DNA of 64,000 nt from a virus (lineage: Duplodnaviria > Heunggongvirae > Uroviricota > Caudoviricetes), in the IMG/VR virus record IMGVR_UViG_3300010348_000547, positions 566 through 64,565 of that record. One strand, written 5' to 3'. The stretch's first letter is position 1, and each line of letters opens with the position of its first letter. This document shows positions 1-9,432 of this stretch, piece by piece. The position numbers and the translations under genes are program-made. Under the pieces are notes generated by a model, which was given only the letters and a program-made list of their open reading frames with translations, was not told where the DNA came from and made no database searches.

Positions 1-426
1 TACACAGCAACAATTACAACTGAGCCAGGAGTTACCTATCAGAAGAAATTGCTTAACCCAAAAGGATGTTGGGTAATGATGCCTGCTCAAATGATTGACG
101 CATATGCACCGGGATTACATCAAGGAAAACCTGACCACAGATGCTTACGTAGTGTAGGTAAAATCTACGGTCTTCGTGATGCCGATTTAGATGGAATTGC
201 TGGAAACAGCGGTAAACCTGAATGGGTTGACGGAACTACTGTAGGTGCAAACATACATGGTGCAAACAAAGCGGGTATTACTCGTGAGATTGGACCTTGG
301 TCAGCCGGTTGTCAAGTTCACAACGACTGGAAGAAAAAAGAAGAGATGATGAAGATTTGTGACCTTTATCCAAAACAAAAGAAGTTCACTTATACGTTAG
401 TAACGGAAAAGGACTTAACATTTTAA
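1..426 (+). CDS. 5'-truncated L,D-transpeptidase (YkuD)-like cysteine enzyme, putative endolysin or peptidoglycan-modifying protein
   Basis: Frame is open from base 1 (YTATITTEPGVTYQKKLLNPKG...), so the true start lies upstream of the window. It contains NIH-GANKAGITREIGPW-SAGCQV, i.e. H-x14-S-x-G-C, the spacing of the YkuD catalytic His/Cys motif. Confidence 0.55.
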   Translation, partial: YTATITTEPGVTYQKKLLNPKGCWVMMPAQMIDAYAPGLHQGKPDHRCLRSVGKIYGLRDADLDGIAGNSGKPEWVDGTTVGANIHGANKAGITREIGPWSAGCQVHNDWKKKEEMMKICDLYPKQKKFTYTLVTEKDLTF

Positions 427-447
427 ACTGTCAGTTAAACCAACAAC

Positions 448-864
448 ATGGCAAAAGTAAACATAGTAAACAAGCAGGTTCAGATGAGCCTGCCTGACAT
501 AATCAAATTTCAGTTGCTCACTCATTGCTATATTAATCATATAGCTTTGAGTGAACTGGACTTTGACTGTCTGACACAATTAGGTATTTTAGGAGAATCA
601 GAGCTTACTGATTTTTGTACCTTGATGGCTGAAAGAAGACTTCAAGAGAAACTAAAGACTATGTCAGAGGCAGCTGGAAAAAAGCTAGATGCTTCACCTC
701 AAACTATTCGCAACGTTTTAATTAAAGTAGAAAAAGAGGGTCTTATCCAAAAAACAGGAAAAGGTAGAAAGCGTATTAGTCTTAATCCAGACTTGAAAAT
801 TCAAACTGCAGGAAACATACTGTTAAACTATAAAGTGGTCCACATTGAATCCCAAGAAGCCTAA
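448..864 (+). CDS. Winged helix-turn-helix DNA-binding protein
   Basis: SPQTIRNVLIKVEKEGLIQKTGKGRKRISL resembles a recognition helix plus wing of the MarR/GntR-like wHTH type. Confidence 0.55.
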   Translation: MAKVNIVNKQVQMSLPDIIKFQLLTHCYINHIALSELDFDCLTQLGILGESELTDFCTLMAERRLQEKLKTMSEAAGKKLDASPQTIRNVLIKVEKEGLIQKTGKGRKRISLNPDLKIQTAGNILLNYKVVHIESQEA

Positions 865-1558
865 AGACATAATAAAGATGATGTCTGAGCCAGATAAAAA
901 TCTGGTGAATGACTTAGTATCTTTTTACTTTAAAGATGTCAGAAAAGCCTTGTCTGAAGCTCAGGGGGCAAACATTATAGTAGAGGGGTTGGGTACTTTC
1001 AGAGCTAAGTCTTGGAAGCTACCTGATATTATTGCTGAAACGGAAAAGATGCGAGACAAGTATAAAGCAATAGTTGATAGCCAGAACCCAATCACCTTTC
1101 AGAAGTTTTCTATCCTGAAAGACTATGAAGACAAACTTGAAAAACTGTACGCATTACGTGACAAACTAGAACTAGACAAACAGAAAAAAGAACAAATGAA
1201 GCACTTAAAAGAAATATGGAAACACCGCAAGCAAATACTTGAAGGTGTTGGTAACGCAATCTTTAAAAAGGAAAAGATTGAAGCTATTGCAAACAGTCGT
1301 ATGGAGATTTGTAAAGCTTGTCCTATAATTGATTTAACTGGAGAGAAATGTGTAGTACCAGGTACGCAACCTTGCTGCGGTGCTTGCGGATGTAAACTTG
1401 CATTCAAGACTCGCTCTCTTTCTTCTCAATGTGAACATCCGGATGGACCAAAATGGGAAGCTGTTTTAGAGCAAGCAGAAGAGGATAAATTGTATCAGGA
1501 AATTAACTATAATCCAGACGAACATGGAGGGGATATCACAAGCAATACTGAAGTCTAG
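845..1558 (+). CDS. HU/IHF-like DNA-binding protein fused to a C-terminal Cys-rich zinc-finger-like domain
   Basis: The N-terminus LVNDLVSFYFKDVRKALSEAQGANIIVEGLGTFRAK fits the HU/IHF helix plus 'i.i.gfGtF' strand. The C-terminus is RMEICKACP..CVVPGTQPCCGACGCKLAFKTRSLSSQCEHPDGPKW. Confidence 0.55.
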   Translation: MNPKKPKDIIKMMSEPDKNLVNDLVSFYFKDVRKALSEAQGANIIVEGLGTFRAKSWKLPDIIAETEKMRDKYKAIVDSQNPITFQKFSILKDYEDKLEKLYALRDKLELDKQKKEQMKHLKEIWKHRKQILEGVGNAIFKKEKIEAIANSRMEICKACPIIDLTGEKCVVPGTQPCCGACGCKLAFKTRSLSSQCEHPDGPKWEAVLEQAEEDKLYQEINYNPDEHGGDITSNTEV

Positions 1559-1877
1559 GTCAACGGGGCGTACCCAGGTTACACTAGATGCTTTGGAGAG
1601 TTTCATGGAATCTCTACACAAACCCTATACAGAAAAGCGTCAGCTTGTTGTATTAACTGGTCAAGGTGGAATGGATAGATTTCAGCTTGAAATTGAAAAA
1701 GGTAATGACCGTGACTTTGCTGACTTCCTTGAAATGAACAAGATTGTTACATCAGAAGAACGAGACCGTTTAAAAGAGATGATAAACGGTACTTATGAAG
1801 ATTATGCTGTAGCCAAAGAAATTTTGTATAACTTGTCTGAGTCAGAAAAGCTACCTTACAAAAGAAAAAAAGAATGA
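1524..1877 (+). CDS. Hypothetical protein, paralog 1 of a three-gene family
   Basis: 117-aa ORF with a C-terminal motif (EERDRLKEMINGTYEDYAVAKEIL) shared with the next two genes. Its stop overlaps the next start (ATGA). Confidence 0.7.
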   Translation: MEGISQAILKSRSTGRTQVTLDALESFMESLHKPYTEKRQLVVLTGQGGMDRFQLEIEKGNDRDFADFLEMNKIVTSEERDRLKEMINGTYEDYAVAKEILYNLSESEKLPYKRKKE

Positions 1878-2098
1878 TGGAAACCTTGCATGTACAACAA
1901 CCGCTTTATATACCAACTGGTCGTACCGGTCAAGAAAGACATGCAGTAAAACAAGTGTTGCAGTACAGTCTTGAACAAGGTCGTATCACATTGTGTGAAA
2001 TGCTGAGGTTACAAGACCTTGTAGAATCACCTGATGCGGAAAACTTAACTGTAGCAATGTCAATCCTAGAAGTAAAACATAGTATTAAATTTGTATGA
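1874..2098 (+). CDS. Hypothetical protein, paralog 2
   Basis: 74-aa ORF containing ITLCEMLRLQDLVESPDAENLTVAMSIL, with ATGA overlaps on both sides. Confidence 0.7.
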   Translation: MMETLHVQQPLYIPTGRTGQERHAVKQVLQYSLEQGRITLCEMLRLQDLVESPDAENLTVAMSILEVKHSIKFV

Positions 2099-2391
2099 AC
2101 AACCTCCCTCACATAGGTGTAATCTTTATGTCAAATGCTGAAAAAACAGCACTTGAGATAATCTCTAAAAACATAGAGGAACAACTTATGTGGGGTAATT
2201 CTGATTACTTTCAAAAGAAAGCTAAGGAGTCACTTAAACAGTTGCTCATAGAAAAAAAAGTAAGCCGAACCCAAGCAAAAAGTCTTCTTCAGATGATAAA
2301 CTCACCTGCAAAAGATAATCTGGATTTTGCGCGAAATTTAATGGAAACCTTATCAACTCAAAAATCAATTCAACATGTCAGTCATATTTAA
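2095..2391 (+). CDS. Hypothetical protein, paralog 3
   Basis: 98-aa ORF containing VSRTQAKSLLQMINSPAKDNLDFARNLM. Confidence 0.7.
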   Translation: MNNLPHIGVIFMSNAEKTALEIISKNIEEQLMWGNSDYFQKKAKESLKQLLIEKKVSRTQAKSLLQMINSPAKDNLDFARNLMETLSTQKSIQHVSHI

Positions 2392-3208
2392 ACCCGAAAA
2401 CCACAGTTATGAAAGCTTAGATCCGAATGAACGGATAAAGTGGACAAGTGTAACAACCTTTGTAGGATTGTTCAAGCAAAAGTTTGACCCAGTCAAGCAA
2501 TCCATTAAGTCATCAAAAAATCCTAAGTCAAAATGGTTTGGGATGGACCCGTTGGAGATTCAAGCTCACTGGGCAAAAGAAACAGACCGTGCGGTATCTA
2601 ATGGTAGCTTTTATCATGACCAACGCGAGTCAGACCTTTTGGAACTTGAGACCATTGAGAAAGCTGGTAGAGCTTTACCAATTATCAAGCCTATTTACAA
2701 CAATGGTATAAAACAGGCTCCTGTACAACGTTTAACTGAAGGGATTTATCCAGAGCACTTTGTGTTCTTAAAGTCTGCAGGTATCTGTGGACAATCTGAT
2801 AAAGTTGAAGTTATTAAGGATACTGTAGACATCGTTGACTACAAGACTAATAAGGAAATCAAGAAAGAGTCTTTCCGTAACTGGGAAGGCATTTCACAGA
2901 AAATGACCGGTCCATGTGCTCACTTAGATGATTGTAATTTCAATCATTACTCTTTACAGCTGAGTATTTACATGTACATTATCCTAAAGCATAACCCTAC
3001 TCTTAAACCAGGCAAGATGTTTCTTCACCATGTTATCTTTGAAAAGATTGGTGAGGATAAATTTGGTAATCCAATTCTGAAGCTTAATGAGCAGGGTGAG
3101 CCAATCGTAAAAACGGTTGTTCCTTATGAGGTACCTTATCTAAAGACAGAAGTTATAGCAATGATTAAATGGTTACAAGAACAAAAAGACAATGGGATAC
3201 TGGGATAA
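2375..3208 (+). CDS. PD-(D/E)XK (RecB/lambda-exonuclease-like) nuclease
   Basis: GQSDKVEV...IVDYKT catalytic D...DxK, and YSLQLSIY (QxxxY motif). Such nucleases occur near the packaging genes of crAss-like phages. Confidence 0.8.
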   Translation: MSVIFKPENHSYESLDPNERIKWTSVTTFVGLFKQKFDPVKQSIKSSKNPKSKWFGMDPLEIQAHWAKETDRAVSNGSFYHDQRESDLLELETIEKAGRALPIIKPIYNNGIKQAPVQRLTEGIYPEHFVFLKSAGICGQSDKVEVIKDTVDIVDYKTNKEIKKESFRNWEGISQKMTGPCAHLDDCNFNHYSLQLSIYMYIILKHNPTLKPGKMFLHHVIFEKIGEDKFGNPILKLNEQGEPIVKTVVPYEVPYLKTEVIAMIKWLQEQKDNGILG

Positions 3209-3512
3209 ATTAGAATGGGTGGATGAATCACATCCAGAAATACTACGAGTGCCAATCACACTTGAAAGTAGACAACACAGAAATTTAGGATTAGATGGAG
3301 AAGCTCCAAACTTCCAAACTTTTCAGTATATTGACATGAGTAAACTTACAAGTTTGCGTCACTGTTTTTTAACTGAAGAAGAAAAGCCTGATGAAGATAC
3401 TTGTTTGATTTATACAGGAGCCGAGTCAGACGGTTTGATGGTAGATGTACCGTTATCTGACATGATGAAAATGTGGTTAAAACATAAAAAGTGGAAAAAT
3501 GAGCAACGATGA
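3192..3512 (+). CDS. Hypothetical protein
   Basis: 106-aa ORF overlapping both neighbours; no recognised motif. Confidence 0.65.
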   Translation: MGYWDKLEWVDESHPEILRVPITLESRQHRNLGLDGEAPNFQTFQYIDMSKLTSLRHCFLTEEEKPDEDTCLIYTGAESDGLMVDVPLSDMMKMWLKHKKWKNEQR

Positions 3513-3684
3513 ATATCAACACCAGGATTTCTGGACAGAACTAAATAAAAAGTTAAATGAAGAACAAGAGTCAGTTTGCATTCAAAGTAATGAAAAAGGC
3601 GAGTGCCTAATGAGCATGAAATGGATGATGATTGACATGAGTGAAACACCTAAAACAAAAGAAGATGAACATACAAATGTTTGA
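3499..3684 (+). CDS. Small acidic hypothetical protein
   Basis: 61-aa ORF that fills the gap between overlapping neighbours. Confidence 0.45.
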   Translation: MSNDEYQHQDFWTELNKKLNEEQESVCIQSNEKGECLMSMKWMMIDMSETPKTKEDEHTNV

Positions 3685-4180
3685 CATCCATGACGGGAAT
3701 GTGGTAATTAACCACAACTGTCTGTCTATTCCAGAACTCAAAGCTATTCATGATGCGTATGAAGATCCTATTCCCGCATTCAACTTTTTGTATTACATGT
3801 TTGATATTAACAGTCCATATATCAACATTGAAGAAGAGGCCAAGGAAGAAACTCTCTTGACTGATTTTCCTGGTGAATACACCTTGGAAGATGAAGTCAT
3901 GATTGCAGCCATCAAGAAAATGGAAGAGCTTTATGTTACACCCACTTACAGATATTATCTGGATAACAAGATACTTATGGAAAAACTTGGTAAATTTGCT
4001 AGGACTGCTTCCGTAACTACAGGACGAGATGGGAACATTGGAGCTTTACAGAGTCAAGTAAAATCCGTAGGTAAAACTATAATGGAGTTTAAACAACTTG
4101 AGAAAGTAGCAATGGATGAAATATCAGAGGGTAAAAACAGAGCAAGAGGTGGTAAAAAACTAGCATACGATCAAGATTGA
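3665..4180 (+). CDS. Conserved-looking packaging-module protein, candidate terminase small subunit
   Basis: Helical protein ending RGGKKLAYDQD just upstream of terL. ATG 3665, behind an A-rich leader, is preferred over 3641. The terS role is inferred from position only. Confidence 0.45.
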   Translation: MNIQMFDIHDGNVVINHNCLSIPELKAIHDAYEDPIPAFNFLYYMFDINSPYINIEEEAKEETLLTDFPGEYTLEDEVMIAAIKKMEELYVTPTYRYYLDNKILMEKLGKFARTASVTTGRDGNIGALQSQVKSVGKTIMEFKQLEKVAMDEISEGKNRARGGKKLAYDQD

Positions 4181-4299
4181 GAAAGATAGCTTTTATAATA
4201 GTGTATTGGTTAGCCGTAGAAACATGGCGTTCATGGCTATTCTATAGTGAAGAACATAGACGAGTAGGAACTTATTACACAAACATTTTAGTACCATGA
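4177..4299 (+). CDS. 40-aa hydrophobic peptide (not in the ORF track)
   Basis: The TTG start overlaps the upstream stop (TTGA) and the TGA stop overlaps the terL start (ATGA). Translation: MRKIAFIIVYWLAVETWRSWLFYSEEHRRVGTYYTNILVP. Confidence 0.5.
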   Translation: MRKIAFIIVYWLAVETWRSWLFYSEEHRRVGTYYTNILVP

Positions 4300-6518
4300 G
4301 TAATCATTATATAGAAATACCTACTTGGGAAAACGGTCAATGGAGTACTACCACCTTTGATACAATGGAAGAGTTCAGAGACTTCCTTCTTCCTCTGTTC
4401 AAGATTCCAGGAGAATATGGCTTTGATGAAACTGCCTTTGAGTTTAATGCTCAAGCTCGTCAGTTTACCAAAACCGGTGGAAATTCTGGAGGTGGTTATT
4501 ACTGCCCTTATCCTGAGGGAAGTAAAGACTTCCGTACATACTGGAACTTTGAAAAACAGAAATGTAGAAACGGTGTTCTTTACAAGGGTAAGCATAACAT
4601 GTGGTATCTCCCTAGAGAATACTACATGTGGATTAACTTCCTCCCTATCAATGATAAGGTGAAAAAGAAGTTTGACTTCCCATCTGTATGGGACAGTCAG
4701 TATCATATGGCTCTATATGAGCTACTAGCAGAGCTGCATTACATGCACTGTTCTGTTTTAAAGAAACGTCAGTTTGGTTCTAGTTATTATCACATGGCCA
4801 AACTAATCAATCAGATATGGTTTGAGGAAACACCTATTTTGAAAATTGGTGCTTCGCTAAAGGACTATATCAACGAGAAAGGTTCATGGAAATTCTTAAC
4901 TGAGTATAAGTCTTTCCTTGACGATAAGACGGCATGGTACCGCCCAATGAATCCGGGTAAAGTACTTATGTGGCAACAGCAAATTGAAGATACTACACCG
5001 GATGGTCGTACAACATATAAAGGTTTAAAAGGTACTCTGCAAGGTGTGAGTTTTGAACAAAGTGATACAACCGGTGTCGGTGGTGGTATCAGAATCTTCT
5101 TCTATGAGGAAGCTGGGGTAGCACCTACTATGGATAAAACAGTTGAGTACTTATTCCCTGCACTTCAGTTAGGACAAGTAACTACTGGTATTTTTATTGC
5201 TGCGGGAACGGTGGGTGACTTGGATGCATGTGAACCATTAAAGCATATGACCTACCACCCAAGAGTCAATAGCATTTATCCAGTAACAACTAACCTAATT
5301 GATGACAAGGGAACTATTGGAGAGTCAGGTTTGTTTATTCCGGAGCAATGGTCTATGCCGCCATATATTGACAAGTACGGAAACTCTCTTGTAGAAGAAG
5401 CTTTAAAAGCTTTAAGCGAAGATTTTGAGAAGTGGAAGAAAGAGCTTTCTCCTGAAAAATACCAGTTGCGTGTATCTCAAAGACCGCGTAATATTGGTGA
5501 AGCTTTTGCTTACCGAAAAGTATCTTTATTTCCTCAGCATTTGGTTGCTGCACAGATGAAGCGAATTGAGGAGAAAGAATACCCGTATGAGTTTATTGAC
5601 TTAACCAGAGATGCCGCAGGAAAAATTATAGCGGAACCAACCAAGAAGATTCCAATCAGCGAGTTCCCAATCTCAGTTAAAACTGAAGATAAAACAGGTG
5701 TTATTGTTGTCTATGAACGTCCTGATAAAGATGCAGCCTGGGGAACCTATTACGCATCAATTGACCCCGTGTCAGAGGGTAAAACAACAACCTCAGAATC
5801 ACTCTGTTCAATCTATGTTTACAAGAATCCGGTTGAGGTTACCCGTCACGATGGGGATAAAACTGAAACCTTCATTGAAAGAGATAAGATTGTAGCTTGT
5901 TGGACTGGTCGTTTTGATGACATCAACAAGACTCATGAACGTTTAGAGAACATAATTGAATGGTACAACGCCTGGACAGTAATAGAGAACAACGTGTCTT
6001 TATTCATTCAGTACATGATCAGCAAGCGTAAACAACGATACCTTGTACCAAAAGACCAGTTGATGTTCCTGAAAGACCTAGGCGCCAACCGAAATGTATT
6101 CCAGGAATACGGTTGGAAGAATACAGGAACCCTGTTTAAGACCAATATCCTAAGTTACCTGATTGAGTTCCTAAAAGAGGAAATCGATATCGAGACTAAG
6201 GAAGACGGTACAATTGTTAAAGTGATGTACGGAATTGAGAGAATTCCGGATATTATGGCAATGAAAGAGATGCAGGCTTATAATGACGATGTCAACGTCG
6301 ATAGGCTTGTTTCCCTTGCGGCTCTAATTGCTTTTGCAAAAGTTCAGCAAGCTAACAGGGGATACAAAAAGAGAGTTGAAACATTAAACAAGAAAGACTT
6401 GCAAAAGTCCCAAGATTTGTTTAAATTAAACAATAGCCCATTTAGGCATATTGGACATTCTAAGAGTAGCTCAAACAGTATGAGACCTCCTAGAAGTCCA
6501 TTTAAAAACATAAGATAG
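4296..6518 (+). CDS. terL: Terminase large subunit
   Basis: Walker A-like KKRQFGSSY, Walker B FFYEEAG, RNase H-fold nuclease acidic residues (ASIDPVSEG; DDVNVDRLVS). It lies directly upstream of the portal gene. Confidence 0.92.
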   Translation: MSNHYIEIPTWENGQWSTTTFDTMEEFRDFLLPLFKIPGEYGFDETAFEFNAQARQFTKTGGNSGGGYYCPYPEGSKDFRTYWNFEKQKCRNGVLYKGKHNMWYLPREYYMWINFLPINDKVKKKFDFPSVWDSQYHMALYELLAELHYMHCSVLKKRQFGSSYYHMAKLINQIWFEETPILKIGASLKDYINEKGSWKFLTEYKSFLDDKTAWYRPMNPGKVLMWQQQIEDTTPDGRTTYKGLKGTLQGVSFEQSDTTGVGGGIRIFFYEEAGVAPTMDKTVEYLFPALQLGQVTTGIFIAAGTVGDLDACEPLKHMTYHPRVNSIYPVTTNLIDDKGTIGESGLFIPEQWSMPPYIDKYGNSLVEEALKALSEDFEKWKKELSPEKYQLRVSQRPRNIGEAFAYRKVSLFPQHLVAAQMKRIEEKEYPYEFIDLTRDAAGKIIAEPTKKIPISEFPISVKTEDKTGVIVVYERPDKDAAWGTYYASIDPVSEGKTTTSESLCSIYVYKNPVEVTRHDGDKTETFIERDKIVACWTGRFDDINKTHERLENIIEWYNAWTVIENNVSLFIQYMISKRKQRYLVPKDQLMFLKDLGANRNVFQEYGWKNTGTLFKTNILSYLIEFLKEEIDIETKEDGTIVKVMYGIERIPDIMAMKEMQAYNDDVNVDRLVSLAALIAFAKVQQANRGYKKRVETLNKKDLQKSQDLFKLNNSPFRHIGHSKSSSNSMRPPRSPFKNIR

Positions 6519-6522
6519 TGTC

Positions 6523-9306
6523 ATGAAAGTATTAAACGCAATGCAGCTTAAAGCTGGCGCCAAAACAGAGTACAACAGGATGGGTAGCATTACCCAACCA
6601 ATCCAGTTCTTACCTCGTGAAGAAAAGGATGAGGAATGGTACGCCTGGAATATGGACTGGCTTGAGTGGAACGGATTAAAGCAAATCCGTAGAAATGCTC
6701 GTAGATTAATGAAAAACTACAAGCTGGCTAAAGGTGTTATTGATAAATCTGACTACCTGGTGGAAGAAGATAACGAGATGAGAGACCTTGTAGAAACTCT
6801 AATCCAGGAAGACGTAAGTGCCCTTGAATTAAAGTTCTATCCGATTATCCCTAACGTAATCAATGTATTAACTGCAGAATTTGCTAAACGTAATACCAAG
6901 GTTGTTTTTCGTGGCGTGGATGAGTTTACCTATAACGAGCAATTAGAGGCTAAACGTTCAGCAATTGAAAAGGTTCTTTACAGTCAGGCTGAGCAACGTC
7001 TTTTAATGGAAATGCTTGACCAAGGTTTAGACCCTGAAGATCCTGAAGTACAACAAAAAATGCAAGAGCAAATGAATCCAGAGAACCTTAAGACTCTTCC
7101 TGAGATTCAAAGCTTTTTTGATAAAGACTACCGTAGCTTATGTGAACAGTGGGCTACACACCAGCATAAGATTGATGAAGACCGTTTTCGTATGGATGAA
7201 CTTGAGGAAAGAGGTTTTAGAGATATGTTAATCACTGACCGTGAATTCTGGCACTTCCGTATGATGGAAGATGACTATGAGGTGGAATTATGGAATCCGG
7301 TTTTAACCTTCTACCATAAATCCCCAGATGCTCGTTACATTTCTCAAGGTAACTGGGTCGGCCGTGTGGATATGATGACTGTTGCAGACGTTATCGATAA
7401 GTACGGATACTTAATGACACAACAACAACTTGAGTCATTAGAAGCAATTTATCCAGTTCGTTCTGCTGGTTACCCACTGCAAGGTTATCAAAATGACGGT
7501 ACATACTACGATGCAACTAAAACGCATGACTGGAATACAAATATGCCCGGCCTTGCTTACCGCCAATACACATCTATGTGGGATAATTCAATTGCTCCAG
7601 GTGGAGATATTATCAACTGGATTATGGCAGAAGGAGAAGATTATGCACCGATGGGTGCTGCTTTCTTGATGCGTGTTACAACAGCTTATTGGAAGTCTCA
7701 ATGTAGAGTAGGTCACCTAACAAAGATCAGTGAATCAGGAGAAACCATTGTAGACATTGTAGATGAATCTTACAAGATTACTGATAAACCAATTTACAAC
7801 ACACAATTGTTCAAAAACAAGACTAAGAACAACTTGGTATTTGGTGAACACATTGACTGGATTTGGATTAACCAAACTATGGGTGGTGTAAAAATCGGTC
7901 CGAATATGCCTTCCTTCTGGGGAATGAATAATGCCGGTGGAATTAGCCCAATGTATCTTGGTATTAACCAAAACAAGATGGGCCCATTAAAGTATCAGTT
8001 CAAAGGAGATAGTACACTTTACGGATGTAAACTTCCAGTAGAGGGTGCTGTATTCTCTGACCGTAATACTCGCTCTACAGCAATGGTTGATTTGATGAAA
8101 CCGTTTCAAATCGGTTACAACATTGTAAACAACCAGATTGCCGATATCTTAGTAGATGAGTTAGGTACTGTAATCTTATTAGACCAAAACGCAATTCCTC
8201 GTCACTCTTTAGGTGAAGACTGGGGTAAAAACAATTTGGCTAAGGCTTACGTGGCAATGAAGAACTTCCAGATGTTACCATTGGACACAACCATTACAAA
8301 CACTGAGAATCCACTTGCTTTCCAACATTTCCAAACTTTGAACCTTGAGCAAACACAACGTATGATGTCAAGGATACAGTTAGCTAATTACTTTAAGCAA
8401 CAAGCATTTGAAGTGATTGGTTTTACTCCTCAGCGTTTAGGTCAACAGTTAGGACAAATAGATACAGCTAAAGGAACTGAACAAGCTCTTGTAGGTTCTT
8501 TTGCACAAACAGAAGTTTACTTTATTCAGCACTGTGATTATTTAATGCCTCGTGTGCATCAGATGAGAACTGACTTAGCTCAATACTATCACTCAACAAA
8601 ACCTTCATTACGCTTGCAATATATGACAACTAATGATGAAAAGGTAAACTTTGAGATGAACGGTACGGACTTACTGTTACGCGATTTAAACATCTTTGCT
8701 ACTACTCGTGCAGATCACCGTGCTATTCTTGAGCAGATGAAACAGTTAATTGTTGGTCAGAATACAACCGGAGCAACAATCTATGACCTTGGTAATGTTA
8801 TGCAGGCTGAATCTCTTTCTGAGATTAATCATGTATTAAAAGCTACTGAGAAGAAACAGCAAGCCGAGAAACAAGCTCAAATGCAGCATGAACAAGAAAT
8901 GGCTGATAAAGCTAACGAGACGGCAATCCAACAAAAACAAATGGAAATTGATGCGGATGTGCGTAAAGAAGAAATGCGTAACCGTACTACTCTATTGGCT
9001 GCAGAAATTAAAGCAGCTGGTTATGGTGCTATGCAGGATTTGAACAATAATGCTCAAAGTGATTTCATGGATGTTCTTGACCAAGTGCGCGGTACACAAG
9101 AGTTCCAGCAAACAATGAACTTCAATCAACAGAAAGAAGCTTCAAAGAATGCTGTTAATGCTGAAAAGAACGCTTTAGCTAAAGCAAAAATTGATGCACA
9201 ATTGGCTATGAAGAACACAGATTTAAAGATAGCTGAGGTGAATAAAAACCAATTTGATGTAAAAGCTGCAGCTAAAAAGAAACAAGATGCAAAAAAGAAA
9301 AAGTGA
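6523..9306 (+). CDS. Portal protein (crAss-type)
   Basis: 927 aa directly after terL. The N-terminus QPIQFLPREEKDEEWYAWNMDW resembles crAss portal N-termini, and there is a long Q/K/A-rich coiled-coil C-terminal tail. Confidence 0.85.
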   Translation: MKVLNAMQLKAGAKTEYNRMGSITQPIQFLPREEKDEEWYAWNMDWLEWNGLKQIRRNARRLMKNYKLAKGVIDKSDYLVEEDNEMRDLVETLIQEDVSALELKFYPIIPNVINVLTAEFAKRNTKVVFRGVDEFTYNEQLEAKRSAIEKVLYSQAEQRLLMEMLDQGLDPEDPEVQQKMQEQMNPENLKTLPEIQSFFDKDYRSLCEQWATHQHKIDEDRFRMDELEERGFRDMLITDREFWHFRMMEDDYEVELWNPVLTFYHKSPDARYISQGNWVGRVDMMTVADVIDKYGYLMTQQQLESLEAIYPVRSAGYPLQGYQNDGTYYDATKTHDWNTNMPGLAYRQYTSMWDNSIAPGGDIINWIMAEGEDYAPMGAAFLMRVTTAYWKSQCRVGHLTKISESGETIVDIVDESYKITDKPIYNTQLFKNKTKNNLVFGEHIDWIWINQTMGGVKIGPNMPSFWGMNNAGGISPMYLGINQNKMGPLKYQFKGDSTLYGCKLPVEGAVFSDRNTRSTAMVDLMKPFQIGYNIVNNQIADILVDELGTVILLDQNAIPRHSLGEDWGKNNLAKAYVAMKNFQMLPLDTTITNTENPLAFQHFQTLNLEQTQRMMSRIQLANYFKQQAFEVIGFTPQRLGQQLGQIDTAKGTEQALVGSFAQTEVYFIQHCDYLMPRVHQMRTDLAQYYHSTKPSLRLQYMTTNDEKVNFEMNGTDLLLRDLNIFATTRADHRAILEQMKQLIVGQNTTGATIYDLGNVMQAESLSEINHVLKATEKKQQAEKQAQMQHEQEMADKANETAIQQKQMEIDADVRKEEMRNRTTLLAAEIKAAGYGAMQDLNNNAQSDFMDVLDQVRGTQEFQQTMNFNQQKEASKNAVNAEKNALAKAKIDAQLAMKNTDLKIAEVNKNQFDVKAAAKKKQDAKKKK

Positions 9307-9352
9307 AACTAGCGTTATAATGCGGAAAATTTCACATGTCAGAGATATACAG

Positions 9353-9394
9353 GCAAATTTATAAAGTTTATTTGCATATTTTTGTTATATTATA
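9353..9394 (+). promoter_or_regulatory. Promoter region of the head operon
   Basis: Contains an AAAGTTTA half-site (9363-9370), a Bacteroidota -7 box match TATTTTTG (9377-9384) and TATATTATA (9386-9394). Confidence 0.5.
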
Positions 9395-9432
9395 TATGTC
9401 AGTCCAACAAAAACCAACCAACAATTTATAAC

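Noticed and set aside
2375-3208. Cas4 or CRISPR-associated interpretation of the nuclease
   Set aside because: It lacks the four-Cys Fe-S cluster pattern, and no repeat-spacer array or cas gene is visible in the window.
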